Below, in pieces: positions 12,864-26,200 of a stretch of 64,000 nt of DNA (position 1 is its first letter; every line of letters starts with the position of its first letter). The translations under genes and the position numbers were made by a program. This DNA is from Sphagnum compactum (taxonomy: Eukaryota). Below the pieces are notes generated by a model. That model made no database searches. It was not told where the DNA came from and saw nothing but the letters and a program-made list of their open reading frames with translations. Location: assembly GCA_965153455.1 (NCBI GenBank), contig OZ234493.1, positions 10,034,213 through 10,098,212 on the forward strand. Reading direction: 5' to 3'.

Positions 12864-15800
12864 CTAGTAGAAGATCCAACCTCTCTCAACCACACTACAT
12901 AACATTGCAAAATGCTCTTCAAAATGGGTGCAAATATGATTAAAGGAGCCAAAAACCATGTCAGATAGTGGTGAATATTGTGAACTTTTTTACATATGTT
13001 TTTCTTGACATTTTAAAGTTATGTTAATCATTCCAAGTTGTGTTAAATGATTAATATGAATGCTGAGGAATTCAAATTAAAAATTTATTAAATTAAAATT
13101 TGGGTTTTGGTTTTAGTAAAGGACATTTGAATAGGTGTTATATCAAATTGTGGCTAATTTTACCAAGGTTAAATAAGGATTATTTTTTAAAATTAATTTT
13201 GATGATAAAAGTTTTTTGATGATAGTAACCTATTACCCACATTCAAAGAGCACTCACAATTTAAAAGATGTGGAATTTGAAATTTATAAAAATTCAAAGT
13301 ATTTTTCAAATTTTAAAATTTTTAAAAGTCCTTTACCACATGTAAATGGGGTGTAATGTGCTTGACATACAAAACAAAGTTGTAGTTTATAATACAAAAA
13401 AACAAAAACATAGAGTAGTTAGCATATTTTGGTATGATTCAAAATTATGATAAGTTTTCAAGATGAAATGCAAAATCTAGCAAAATTTACACACTTTGAA
13501 AAATTAATATTTATTCAACAATGATCAACACAAAACATGCAATATATTAGGGTCACTATATGTATTTTTAATAATAAGTTGTAGAAGACTTCATCAAAAA
13601 AATCTTTCATATGAAAAAATGAAAAATGACTAAAAAGGATTCACAATCCTTTTGTAAAGTAATCTCATTGGCTCGCTTAATCATATCCGCACCCAAATGC
13701 CTTGCAAAATTCAAGAAAATCAAGAACTTGCATATAGGCCTTAAACACAATGAAATAGGTATTTACGTCTAGATGTAGCCCCCATTTTTGATGTCATGTG
13801 TACATGTGCACACAATCTATTATCATTGCTGAATTCATCCAAGCATGATTGGGGTACCACATTTAAACCTTAAAGATTCACTCCAAGGATTCCCAAATTC
13901 ACTTTTTTCTTCACTTTTCCCATGACATGTCTTACACAACACCCTTTTTTCTCATGTCAAATGAAATAATTTTGTTCCAAATCTTATATAAACCTCTAGA
14001 ATATCTGTTGTTTTTCATTTATGAAAGTGAGAATAATAAAATTTATTCAATGTGGGCCATGTTCTATCAATGGCCCAAAATTCCTAGAAATTTGATTTTT
14101 TGAAACTTTTTACATTACAATAGGGCATTTGATTCTTGTCACATTCATACATTTTATACACATTAACACATAGGTGTTTGTGCTAAAGATCTTGGGCCAA
14201 AAAAAATTGTTTAGACATTCCTTATGGGTCCTTGAACTTTTTTTCCTCATGAAACAAACTCCTAAATTTTTTTTCATTGACTTGATAAGAATCCTTAAAC
14301 ATGTTCAAATTTGACATTCTATGCATAGAATAATACCTTTTTACTGTATCTATTTATGAATAAAATCAAACTTTTAATATAAATGTGTCATTAAGTTTCA
14401 ACAACATGTTTATATGAAGGGGTCTAGTGAATATAAAATGAGACAATCCTTTTGGGTACCCAAGCCATACTTTTTCCCAAATAGTTTTTTAGCAAAATAT
14501 CGAATAAAAAATTCTTTGAAGTTTTTCATCACAAAAGCGGATTTTGAAAAATAATGTAATTATTCAACACCTAAATGCCAAACATGAAAACGTACTATGG
14601 TATATATTCAAATATTTTCGAAAGGTTTGTGGAAAGGCTTGTGCTTAGATGTGAAAAAAAATCCTATGTGACCAATGATATTGGTAGAATGGGAGCCTTG
14701 ATATTGTCTTGATGAAACTTCTTTGATAAGCTTGGCATTTGAATGTTGTAATGGCCTTATAAGCTTGTGCCTAAGTATGGAGAAGGAAAAATGACCAATG
14801 AGATTGTTTGAATTGGTGACTTGAATTGTTTTAAAGAGTTGCCTTAATGAATTAGTGCCTAGATGTTGCATCTCTTTTCCACATGGTCTGGGCAAAAGAC
14901 ATGCAAATTGTTAGGAATTTTTAACAATAATTTGGAGCTTTCTACACATTTTATTCTAATTTGAATAAGGGATGCACAAACCCTTTCATCTATATATATA
15001 ATTTCAACCTTGCAACCTTTTTTTTACATTAACAAACAGGGTTTCGGCACATTACTTGAGTTGTTTGTTTTAAAAGAATAATATGTCCAGGCTTCTATAT
15101 TTAAGCTATTTTGATTGATTTTTATAAGTTGGTTTGTAAGTGGCAATTTGAGATGATATTCACTTTTGTTTCTCCTTTGCCCAATGTATATGACTAGCAA
15201 TTGGGTGTTAGCTTTGGTTGTGTGTAGTGACACATTGTGATTAAAGTTTATAAAATTTGACAAATATTTTGTAGCCAAAAAGAAAGGGGTCAATAGATTG
15301 ACTTGAAGACAACAACTATGTGTTACATTGTTGAAAAAGAAAGATTGTCCTAGTGTTTGCAAACTTAAAACTCATTCATTATTTGCTCCAACTTCTAAAT
15401 AAAATGATCGAATAAAATGCTAAAGACTTAGGTGGATTAGGACACTCTAGATTCACTCTCATTGAGTGACCACATGATTCTCAATGACAATCACTCATCC
15501 CACTATTGTTGCAAATCCCAACAGCTTTCACAAGACAAGAATTCCGGCCGAGTCCCATATTTATGTAATATTTCAAATTCACCAATACCCAGAATGGAAA
15601 CCATTTGAAATCCCCTCTCAAAAATGCCAACGAAGGTATCACTCTCTTGACTTTAGTGCCCAATTTACAACCCAAAATGATATATCTCAAGTTCTATTAC
15701 TCCTAGACAATGCCATCAAGGATCTCTCGACAAATCCCCTTTGGCTTTGCATCATCTCCACCACCAGCCCAAAACATTTCTAAACCTAGTCCTACAACAC

Positions 15801-17413
15801 AAAGGAAGACTTGAAAGACCAAGTACACCACATAAACATTCTTTTTATGAGTGCCTTCCAAAAACAAGAAACACCAAAAGAAAAAACTAGAAGAAACTGT
15901 ATGCCAAACTTATTTCTTGTCTCGTACACTACCATCTTTCTTAAGCCAAAGTCCATTCCTTTATAACCCAAGCTCCACTCATCAGCAAATCTCCATAGCC
16001 AATCAAAGGCACAACTCCATGAAAAACAATAAAACAATGATGATATGTCAATAAGTTCATCATAAACATCCTAGACCAAGTGCCACAACTTAGCTCCTCC
16101 CATGAATGCATGCATCAGAAACATAAAAACAATACAAATAAGAACAATCTAAAACAAGCAGCACACAATCTTGCATGATCACTCTAACCATCAATCGCTG
16201 GCTAAGTATTGTCACCTTTTGCCCTTTTCGCTTTAGGTCTTCCTTCTAAGTCACAATCCAACTTTGATTTGAAATCTTTGTACACTAGATATTTTGCATT
16301 ATGTACCTTATTATCAACTTTATTTGAAGAGATTTGCTGAATAGAACTTTATAAATCTTGCAAACCAAACAAGAACCATTCACCATCGATTCTTCTTTCT
16401 AATATATCAACAATCATGGTTAGATGTTGGTTTGATGACTACCCATGTCCCACAATTCATGCCCCTGCCACTAACTTAGTGAAGGCCAAAAATGATGTTG
16501 AACAAATTGAGAAAGAGAAATTCTCCTCAACCAACAATGTAAGCCAATATGAGTTCAAACAATTCAGATTTGGAAGGGGAGGGGTTCTTCCTCTTGAAAT
16601 ATATCCATGCAATGCGCCTACAACTCCTAACATGTGCACTTATACCACATGTTAGCAATCAACTTTATCCCATATGGTTTGCCCAAAGTTCTCCCTTTGT
16701 CACTCATATATCCAGGCCAAAGGGAAGTCACTACAGCTTCTCATAAAAAAGCTTATTTTGTGGAGGATTGAAAGTTTCAGGTTTTTTTTTGGTGATAGGC
16801 CAATCAAATTGACTCATTGCTTCGGAAAAGAAAAACTTGAGAGACCCCCATCTAATTAATAAAACTAACAAAGTTTAGGGTTTAAATCATACTTGTCACC
16901 CTAATTTCTTTACTTGGACACCAAAAACACATGTGACTTCAGGAAAAATATTTCTTACATATATCTAAGGTTATCAATAAAAAAAATTCAAAATATTATA
17001 CCCTTGGGTATGTGTTTTATTAATGTATATTGATTTTAGGAAAATAATATACCCTATTTGAACCAAACAGATATATCTGGGTAAAAGATATACCCACACA
17101 ACATTGATAAACAAATGGATGAATAGGGGAGTTGTTCCAAAATTATGGTTTTTGAAATGCTTATTACAAATAAAACAAATGTTTCCATGAATGTTTGTCA
17201 ATTACTTGTGGAAGTTTACAAATAAGTCTTCCTGCTGACATAAGTGGGTTATATGGACATGTTCTATTTTAGGGAGTTTGTGATGGGTGTTCTTTTTTTG
17301 GTGGGGTGGAGGACCATTCAAAGAGGGCCCATCACCAAAAGAAAAAAACACCTATTGGATATCCCCCAAACTAATTAATAACAATCACATTATACCATAT
17401 CACATAATTAACA

Positions 17414-18162
17414 CTAGTGTGGCCTGTGCTGTTGGGTCAAGTGTGAACTTGTTATAATGTAAGGTGGACACAACATATGACATTATTTTGAAAGGAAATC
17501 ATGCTTGAATTGAATGATAAGCCTTCAAATGTTACCATGTTCTCAACTAGTTTTTCCTTCCGAAACCTGATTTTTTATTAAAAATTGAATTTTCAGTGAC
17601 AAAAATCACTGAAATTTTCATATTTCCAACATCCTAAGTCCAAATCTCACAACATAAATACCATTAAATCTGAATCATCAAGATCTTTCCAACAACACCA
17701 AAGGCACATCACAATTCCTTATACTTGAATTGAATGGTAGACATTCAAGTGTTACCACATCCTCAACTGAATTTTCCTTTCAAAACCTGGTTTTTTGGAA
17801 TTTATTTGAATTTTCAGCAACAGAAATCACCTGAAAATCAATATCTCCCATATTCTGAATCCAAATCTTACCGAATAAATTCCATTAAATCCTGCTCATC
17901 AAGATCTTTCCAATAACACCAAACGCACATTCCAACTCCTCTGAATTTTCCGCTATGATTTAGTTTAATTGAATTTTCAGTGAAGAAGTCATTCAATATT
18001 CATGAACTTTTGCACTGCAAGTCCAAACATCATGGAACCAAGCCCATGCACCCCTCCTCTTCCAGAGCTTTCGAAAGACACCAATAACACAATCTGAAGC
18101 ATCCCGGTTTGGTGGATCTCCTCGAAACAAAACAACACAAACTACCTTCCTTCATAGATAGA
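17414..18162 (-). mobile_element. Non-autonomous Helitron, copy 1
   Basis: On the minus strand the element starts A|TCTATCTATG and ends in a degenerate GC-rich hairpin GACCCAACAGCACAGGCC followed by ACACTAG|T. It lies between A and T with no TSD and has internal ~220-bp tandem subunits (17504, 17724). Confidence 0.8.
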
Positions 18163-18494
18163 TCCTCATTGAAGGAGTTGTGAGATATGGGTAAATAACT
18201 AACTGGCTTCAGACCAGGGCCGGCTTCTGATCAAACTCTGTTTTATTTTCAGAATTCAACAAATAGTGTCATAGGGCAAGGGTGCCAGACATGAGGGAAA
18301 CATGCAAAACAAGTATGATGCATGCAAATCAAGATAATGAATCTCAAGTAATTTCAAAACCTTATCCCTTTGGATAGCTACAAATTCCAACTTTTCCATC
18401 ATCTCATTAGCAAACTTCCTCCTCCCCACCACCACCACCTCCTTTTCAGACTTTTGTGCACCTGTTGTCTCTTATCATGTGCTTTTTGTGTAGA

Positions 18495-18942
18495 GTAGTG
18501 CAGCCCATGATGTTGCCCCAAGTGTGAACTGGTTACCCAATTGGTTCCCTTCCAAAACCATTTCTATGATTTAATTGAATTTCCAATGATGAAAACTACC
18601 CAAAATTCAATATCTCCCACATTCTAGTTCTAAAAATTTCCAATCCACCATTTATTAAACCCAACTCATTGAGGACTTTCTAACAGTACCGATAGCACGC
18701 CCAAATTCCTTTATAATTTTTAGTTTTGATGTAAATGAATTTAGAGTGAAAAAAAGAATTGTTCAATATTCAGTAACTTCTCCACATAGGTTGAAACATG
18801 ATGAAATCAACTGAGTGCACCCCTACTCATTGAGGGTGTTCTAACAGCAAGACCACAAGGAGAGGCACCAATGTTGGGGAGATCTCAATGTGACAAACAA
18901 AACAAGGCATCATAAACACGCTGGCCCTGCCAATAGATAAGA
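18495..18942 (-). mobile_element. Non-autonomous Helitron, copy 2
   Basis: Shares the CAAGTGTGAACT landmark and internal subunits with copy 1. Minus-strand 5' end A|TCTTATCTAT, 3' end GGGCTGCACTAC|T (degenerate CTAG). Confidence 0.7.
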
Positions 18943-20116
18943 TGTTGCACATCTATCTACTGTGTCCACACTCTCAACACCAAAAAAATCTGTTCCAATC
19001 TAAATAGTCTAAACACTTTCATAAAAGAAACCGGTTCACCTAATGTGAAACCGGTTCTAATAAGGTAAAACTTTCAAAAGTTGGATCCCTGTGGGGGCAG
19101 GGCCCAACAAACAAACAACCAACCTTCCTTTGTAGATAAACATGAACCCTAATACACTAGAAAAAGGTAAAGAAACCACTCCCATTATTGAACTGATGTT
19201 GGTGCTTTCTCCAATCTTTTGCCATTGACTACAACCCAATTTGTCACAAAGGTTAAATATACATGTAATTGCACCATGGATTGTTGTATTTAATTTTTTT
19301 TGGTGGGGGTAAAGGTGAATCCTACTGGAGGTATCATAGACACTACCTTTTCTCAAAGCCCAAAATGGCCTCCATCAAACAAACCTCAGATGACGATGAC
19401 TTCTTGTATCTTTGGTTTCAAACTTGAATCTGAATTTATAAACCAGCCCATTAAGATCAATTGGTCTGGTTCTCGGGTTTGAATGAACTAAAGCAGCAAA
19501 GGATTTCTCAATGCTTTGAACATGCCATATTAGGATGTGTGTGGCAAATTGAAACTCTAAGCTCACTTTTAAAACTGCATACAAATCACTTAACCCCAAA
19601 TCTAAAAAGCCTTTAACAAAGAATTATTTGATGCAGAAAAGGTCAAATGAATATATGTTGTAATATGTAGTTATATTAACTTTCCTATTGATTAAAGGTC
19701 GAGCTACAAAACATATAAAAGAAAATTACTTACTTTTAGACAATTACTAACCATTTACAATGATAAACCAATTAGGAAACTTTCTTTTTCCATTGGATTT
19801 GAGCAATTACACCCCCACCAAAGTCTTCAACTTGAAGAATTATATATCGCGTACACTGTTAGATCTTCTCTCTAATATCCTTTAATAAAATTTTCCAATG
19901 TAACAATCCAGGTATCAACTCAAAAAATAAAATTGTCCTTTGCTGGGGTGATGGAGATTTCCTGGGCGGACCAGTGTAAAGAATGCAATGGGTTAATACG
20001 AAAGTGGAACCAAATGCAATGACCCAGCTGATTCTTCCAATTTACTTTGGACAAAGAGTTGTGGAAAAGGGGTTAAGTGCCAGAAACAGATGAACTCTCC
20101 TCTGACCCTCGTCAAC

Positions 20117-20337
20117 GGCCAGGGTGAACCAGCATCCAAGTTGGTACCTTCACCATTTTGAGCAAGGCCTCTTAGTGGCCATATTAAGCCCCAAAAATGA
20201 TAGATTTGAACTCAGAGACCCTGATTTAGTCGTAGTGTGGGCAAAGTGTGGCATATTTGTGACGATTTAGAAATAATTTAAACGGATTTTGGGATTTTTA
20301 CCCTGGTACCAACATGGGTGCTTGTCCACCCAAGGCC
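20117..20337. mobile_element. Mutator-like MITE (GGCCA.AGTGAACCAGCA TIR family)
   Basis: Imperfect ~33-bp TIRs GGCCAGGGTGAACCAGCATCCAAGTTGGTACC / GGTACCAACATGGGTGCTTGTCCACCCAAGGCC. 9-bp TSD CTCGTCAAC (20108-20116) / CTCCTCAAC (20338-20346). Confidence 0.8.
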
Positions 20338-20452
20338 CTCCTCAACATCCTGACCCCTAAGTTGCTGCCGGGCTCAGTCGTACCACAAGCTCTTGTTTCC
20401 ATGGACCGATTTCAGTAATCTTCAGTTTTTTCTTGGGCGCTTGTAGGAGATA

Positions 20453-23277
20453 ATGATGGAAATCTGCTCTGATTCAGATGATCAGCAGCAGATCTCTAAA
20501 CTAAGCGAAGATTATCAGCTAGCTAGCAGGATACGAAAAGCGGGAAAAAACGCCCGATTAGGGCTCGAAAAATCCAAACCGAGCTCCAAAGAAGGCAACG
20601 GCTCTTTTGTTTTCCCGCCCGAAAACGAGAAAGCTCCACTCTTCACGGATCGTCTCTCTGTTCCTCCCAAGCAATGGAGCAACGAAGCCCACGCCGCGCC
20701 GAGCTCCTCTCATCCGGAAAGCGACGAGAAGCAAGCTGCTGCAACGCCGGAGGGATCGGCGGCAACCAAAGAGAGGCGGAGGAGGCAATCCCCAGGCGGG
20801 AACGAGCAAGCTCGAACTGCCAGGAGCGATGGAGAGCTCGACGATGGAGGATCGCGGCGACCATCCCCGCCCGGAAGCCATCGCGAAGGTGCTCCGCAAC
20901 TCGTCAAGGAAGCTCCCGGAGCTTCGGACAGCACTCCTCGATCTCAGGTTCTTCCCCTTATCTCTGCTCCTCTCTCTCGCATTCCAGAGCTCTATTTTGC
21001 TGTGACGAGAAAAGGTCCGAGCTCGGAAGCCCGGGGAGCTGACGCCGAAAGGCGCTCAGCAAGAGGAGAGCTCCAAACCAAAAGACCGGTCCCAAGTGAG
21101 AGATCTCTTCCAGGAAGACAGTCGGAAACCTCTTCGGCCACTCCTCGAAACTCTGCTCTACCCACGCACCCGAGCAACGGACCAGGATCGATCATTCCCA
21201 CGGGAGCTGATCCCCAAGGTCCATCGCCAGTGGACCCGAACTTAGTTTTAGAAGCGGATTTCCCTTCCGAGTTGGTCTTAGAAATGCAGGGCGCGGCTGC
21301 TATGAAGGCGCGCAGAATTGTCATTGGACGGACTTTGGGTGGGAGAGCTTCATTCAAAGCTCTCCATGAATGCTTGAAACTCCATTTACCCTCCTCCTTT
21401 GTCTCTACCACGCTTCTGACGAAAGGGTATTTCTTAATCCTCTTCGACAAAGAAGAAGGCGCGATCGCCACCAGGAAGCTCACCACGGTTGATTAGAATG
21501 GACTCAATCTGTCCTTCTCCAAATTCTCCCCGGACTTTGATGCCAGCGCTCATGGATCCGAATCGCTCCTAACTCACTCAATTAAAGTCCAATTCCCGGA
21601 CTTGCACGAGCAGTTTAGGAATGCCAAAGCTCTCACAATCTTGGCCAACAAACTTGGGGAAGTGCTGGACATTGAGGCCGCCGACTCGTACATCAAAAGG
21701 CCGGCTGGCCCATGGTTATAGTGGAGGTGCAAGACATCACCAAACTAGCGGGTTACATCAGGATCCCGAGGATGGCAGAGGGAGCCGGCACCTCTAACGT
21801 CATTTTGCAAAAAATTCTCTACTCTGGTTTACCAAACCAGTGTAGAAAATGTCGTAAATTTGGGCATCACGCGCGTGCTTGCACCACCAACATGTTCAGG
21901 CCCCAAGAGGGGCAGGTGCAATCCAATCCCTCACGAAGAGAGAGCGCAGGAGGGGCCTCAGGTCCGAGCTCTGCTCCTCAGATCTCAGACAAGACAATCA
22001 AAACCAGGCAGCCCGAAAGCTTCTCTATTGATCCTCAGAGAAAAAATGGTGGATCCCAGAGAGATGGAGCATCTGAACCAGCAGGTCCCTCCCAGTTCCT
22101 TACACACACAGCCAGCCAGAACAACATCACTTTCGAGAGCCCGGTTCAGGCCTCTAGGCAAAGGAGCCCAGAAGGAAAGGAATCGAGGGATCAGGGGATG
22201 TCAGACATCCCTGACCACTTGACTGGCTCCAAGGTCAAGGCAGGCCTGGCAAAATAGCAACTCCCTTTCGGTCTCCCACAACAGGAAGATCGATAAAAAA
22301 AAACAAGAGAGGAAAACTCAAACCCCTTCGCCAGTCCAGGGGAGGGGAGAAGAGAGGTAGGAGGCATTAGCAGGTCCTCGGAGGATCCCTCGGAATGCTG
22401 GATCTTCAAGGCAAAAAAGGGGAACGCCCGAGCAACACCAAGACTGGTCGATCCACAGGCCCCCTCTCACACCCCACAAAGGGAGATCACTCCAGGGGGA
22501 AAGAGAGGCCCCCTGCACTCTGATGTGCACCAATCTTTCCTCTCCTCACTAGGAATCACTGTACCGCCAGGCAGAGAACCTTTCAGAGCCAGGCTCTGGC
22601 CGGTTATAACCAGGTACAAAAATGCACAGAAGGAGACGCTGATGCGCTTCAAAGAACACACCCCTCCAAGCCTGCCTCTGAACATCAGGCTCAAAGGGCC
22701 AGCAGAGGAGCTCGAGGAGGAATGGTCCACCGACGCTGCCTGGGGGGAACTCATTCACCAAGTGGAAGTTGAGCTGAAGGACCAAACTCTGAGATTCTAT
22801 CTCAGCATCAGCGAGAAACCACGGTTAGAATGGTCTTGGCAAGATGAGTCAAACAGGGGGGGGATGGAGTGCACCATCCTGGTATTCATCCACACTGGAT
22901 TAAAAGGTGTTAGTGTCCAAAAAAGGAAAAATCTACACTGGATCGCGCTGGACCACACTCCGGATCTGAACAATGAGGTAGCATTCACGGTCCCAGCACA
23001 CAACCTCCTCATGAGGAAGGGGGAAGTGGACTCGTCTCGTCAAGAACTAAGGAACAGATCGGCTAGCATCTAGGCATCGCCTCAGGCCGCAAAAAAGAAG
23101 CGCCTCACCAGACTCGACATGACGATTCTGATGAACCCTGAGGTTGACACCCTAATCTCAGCTCAAGAGGATCTTAAAGAGGGGAGTGAAGGTAGCAAAC
23201 TCCCGCTCACTTTTGTCACCAGCCCCCCGGGATCGATCAGCCAGCCGGCTGCCCGAAGCAGGCTGACTTATGTTTGA
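20453..23277 (+). pseudogene. LINE ORF1 (~940 codons): disordered N-terminus, DUF4283/RRM-like domain, CCHC zinc knuckle, extra C-terminal domain
   Basis: RRIVIGRTLG..KGYFLILFDKEE..IKVQFPDL..LANKLGEVLDIE (DUF4283-like); CRKCRKFGHHARAC = CX2CX4HX4C at 21841-21882. Lesions: TAG 21494, 1-nt deletion near 21710, TAG 22255, TAA 22294, TAG 23071. The frame stays open to TGA 23275-23277. Confidence 0.85.
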
Positions 23278-26200
23278 AAAGACACTTTCGCTGGTTTCCC
23301 TCAACGTAAGAGGGATGAGGGACAATAAGGCCAAACCCAAGCAGGTGAAGGCCTGGCTCACATCGCTGGAAACTCCTCCCCAGATCATTTTGCTTCAGGA
23401 GCACCACCTCGGGAAGGTGGAAGATAGGGACCCCGCCAGAGGGGTGGAATTCTGGCAGGGAGAGGCGTTCTGGAATGAAGGAATTCCCATGGGGCGCTCC
23501 CAGAGGACAAGGGCGGGCACAGCGATCCTGTTGGACAAAACTGTCGCCCCCTTCATCGTAGACCACGGCACCCTAGACGCGGGCCGCGCCCAGTTCATCA
23601 CACTGCAACCTCCAGGCGAGGGAGCGTTAACCATTATTAACGTTTATGTGCCTAACCTCTCCACAGATCGCGCCCAGCTCTGGCAAAAGGTGAGCCAGGC
23701 AAACCTCATCGCGGATCATTTCATTCTGGGAGGGGACCTCAACCATCAAGAGCCCTCGGAAGCCAGCAACTCTTCAGGCACGAGACAGCTAAGCAGGAGA
23801 GAGACTTCCGCTTGGCACCACATGACCCTCAAGTACAGGCTGTCCGATGCCTGGAAATTGGACAACTTTCACAAGCTCACAAAAAAAGCTTTCACATTCG
23901 ATAACGGCCAGCAGGGGTCTTCTTCTGCGCTGTCCCGCATTGACAAGTTCCTGGTCTCCCAATCGGTGGAGGAGAGAGGAGGGCGAATCGTGGCTTCCGC
24001 CTCGGTGAGGAAGCTCACGGATCACTCGCCACTCACCATCTCGATCTGGGGGACCCATCAGACTGAGCACGGCAACCGTCCGCGCTACTTCGACCTTTCA
24101 ATCCTAGGTGAGGAAAGGGGGAGAAAAGAACTGTGGGAGGCGTGGACTGGTGACCACCCCCCTCCCCTCACTCCCTCACAGAGCTTCGATTGGCCGGCCT
24201 GGCTAGAGGTAGCCACCGACAGAGTGATGTGATGCAATGCACGCCTCTCGAAAGAGAAAAAGCGTGCCCAGGGAGCTTACATTAGAGCTTGCTCCAAAAA
24301 GATACAACTGGCGGAAGTCTAGCTTCAAGCGGACCCAACCAACGCAGAGGTTCGGGACATCCTCTCTGACGCTCAGGAGAAGCTTGCAGACGTCTTCCAA
24401 AACTCCGTAGAGAGAAACCAGCATCTCTCTTCTTCCAGCTGGCTAAGGTATGGGGATACCTGCTCAAAAGCCTTCTTTGACTTCCATCGCATTGGGAAAA
24501 AGAAAACTCTCCTTCGGGAGCTTAAGACCGAGGAAGGAATAATCAGGGGTCAGAGCGATCTGGCTCTCTACGTTTCTGGTTTCTATGCCAAACTTTACAC
24601 CTCGGATGCCACGGCCCCTGGCATAAGGGAGGCCCAATAGGAATGTTGGAAAAGTGTCCCGGTCAAGGTCTCGCCAGCAATGAACGAGAGGCTTATCCAG
24701 GACCTCTCCCTCAAAGACATCACGGAAGCAATCAGAGCGCTCCCCAAAGGGAGGGCCCCAGGTCATGACGGCATTCCGATGGAATTCTTCCAGGAATTCG
24801 AAGCGGAGATCGCCCCAACGCTCCTTCACGCTTGCTCGGCAATGCTCAGAACGGGAGCTACTTCGCCCTTCATCAACAAAGGGATCATCACCCTTATTCC
24901 CAAATCCGGGGACAGGGCCAAGCTCAATAACTGGAGACCGATCACCCTCCTGGGAAGTCTCTATAAAATTCTGGCCAAGACCCTCGCTAGCAGGCTCCGT
25001 ATGGAGCTCACCGAGATTATCAGGTCTAACCAGACAGGCTTTGTGGAGGGCCGGAGCATATTGGATAATGTATTCATGGCCCAAGAGGGTCTCGGCTGGG
25101 CGGAAGAAAGCAACCAGGATCTGGTGCTTCTCCTCCTGGATTTTGAGAAAGCTTTTGATAGAATAGAATGGGGTTTCCTCTTTAGGGCCCTGGAGCAACT
25201 TGGTTTCAGTCAAACTTGGGTGCACTGGGTCACCTCCCTTTACCGAGAGGCCACCTCAACCATCAAAGTGAATGGGGTCCCTGGTCCTGTGTTCCAACTT
25301 GCGAGATCAGTGAGACAGGGATGCCCATTAGCTCCCTATCTCTTCATTCTCGCCACCGATGTCCTGGGGTACATGCTGGCCGACCCCAAGCATGGGGTCT
25401 TGCTTGGGGTCAAAGGCCTCACGCTCCCCAAAGGCGGTCTGACAATGGATCAGACTTTTGCCGATGACACGGCTCTTTACTTGCAGGGATCCCCGACAAA
25501 CCTAGATAGAGCTCAGGAGGTGCTCAGGATCTTCTGCCGCGCGTCAGGTGCCAAGGTCAATTGGAAGAAATCAGCGGCCATCTGGGCTAGCCAGAGAGAA
25601 AAAGCTTGGGTGTGGGGGGAAGAGGTGGGCCTAAAATGGATACCGAAAGGGAAAGGCACGAGGTACCTGGGGATCCAGGTGGGTTTCCACTTGCCCCCAG
25701 AGGCAAACTTTGACTCGATGATGCTTGCTCTCAAGAGCAAGCTCATCATCTGGAGCAACAACGCCCTCTCGTTGGCAGGAAGGATTCTGGTTGCGAACCA
25801 GGTCCTTTTCGCTTCGATATGGTACCTGGCCGCTTGCTGGAACCCGGATCCCAAGATGAGCAGCCAGGTCAGGGGGCTCATCAGAAACTTTATTTGGGGG
25901 GGTAAGGAGACGCCCACTCGCGCTAAGGTCAGGTGGGAAACGCTGGCGCTCCCAATAGCGCATGGAGGACTGGGGGTCACCGACCCCAAGTCCCAATCGG
26001 AGGCCTTGCTAGCGAAACTCCTGGTAAGAGGGTTGGCCCCCGGGGGGGAACCATGGAAGGAACTGGTCTGGCACAAAGCCGGCCAGACAAGACTCCCTCT
26101 CCACGGCAAGGGACCCTCCATCCCGAATCTGAACTGGCTCCTCGCGGCCCCTAAACTGAAACGCTTCAAGAGATCAATGTGGAAAAGCATCGTGGAAGCC

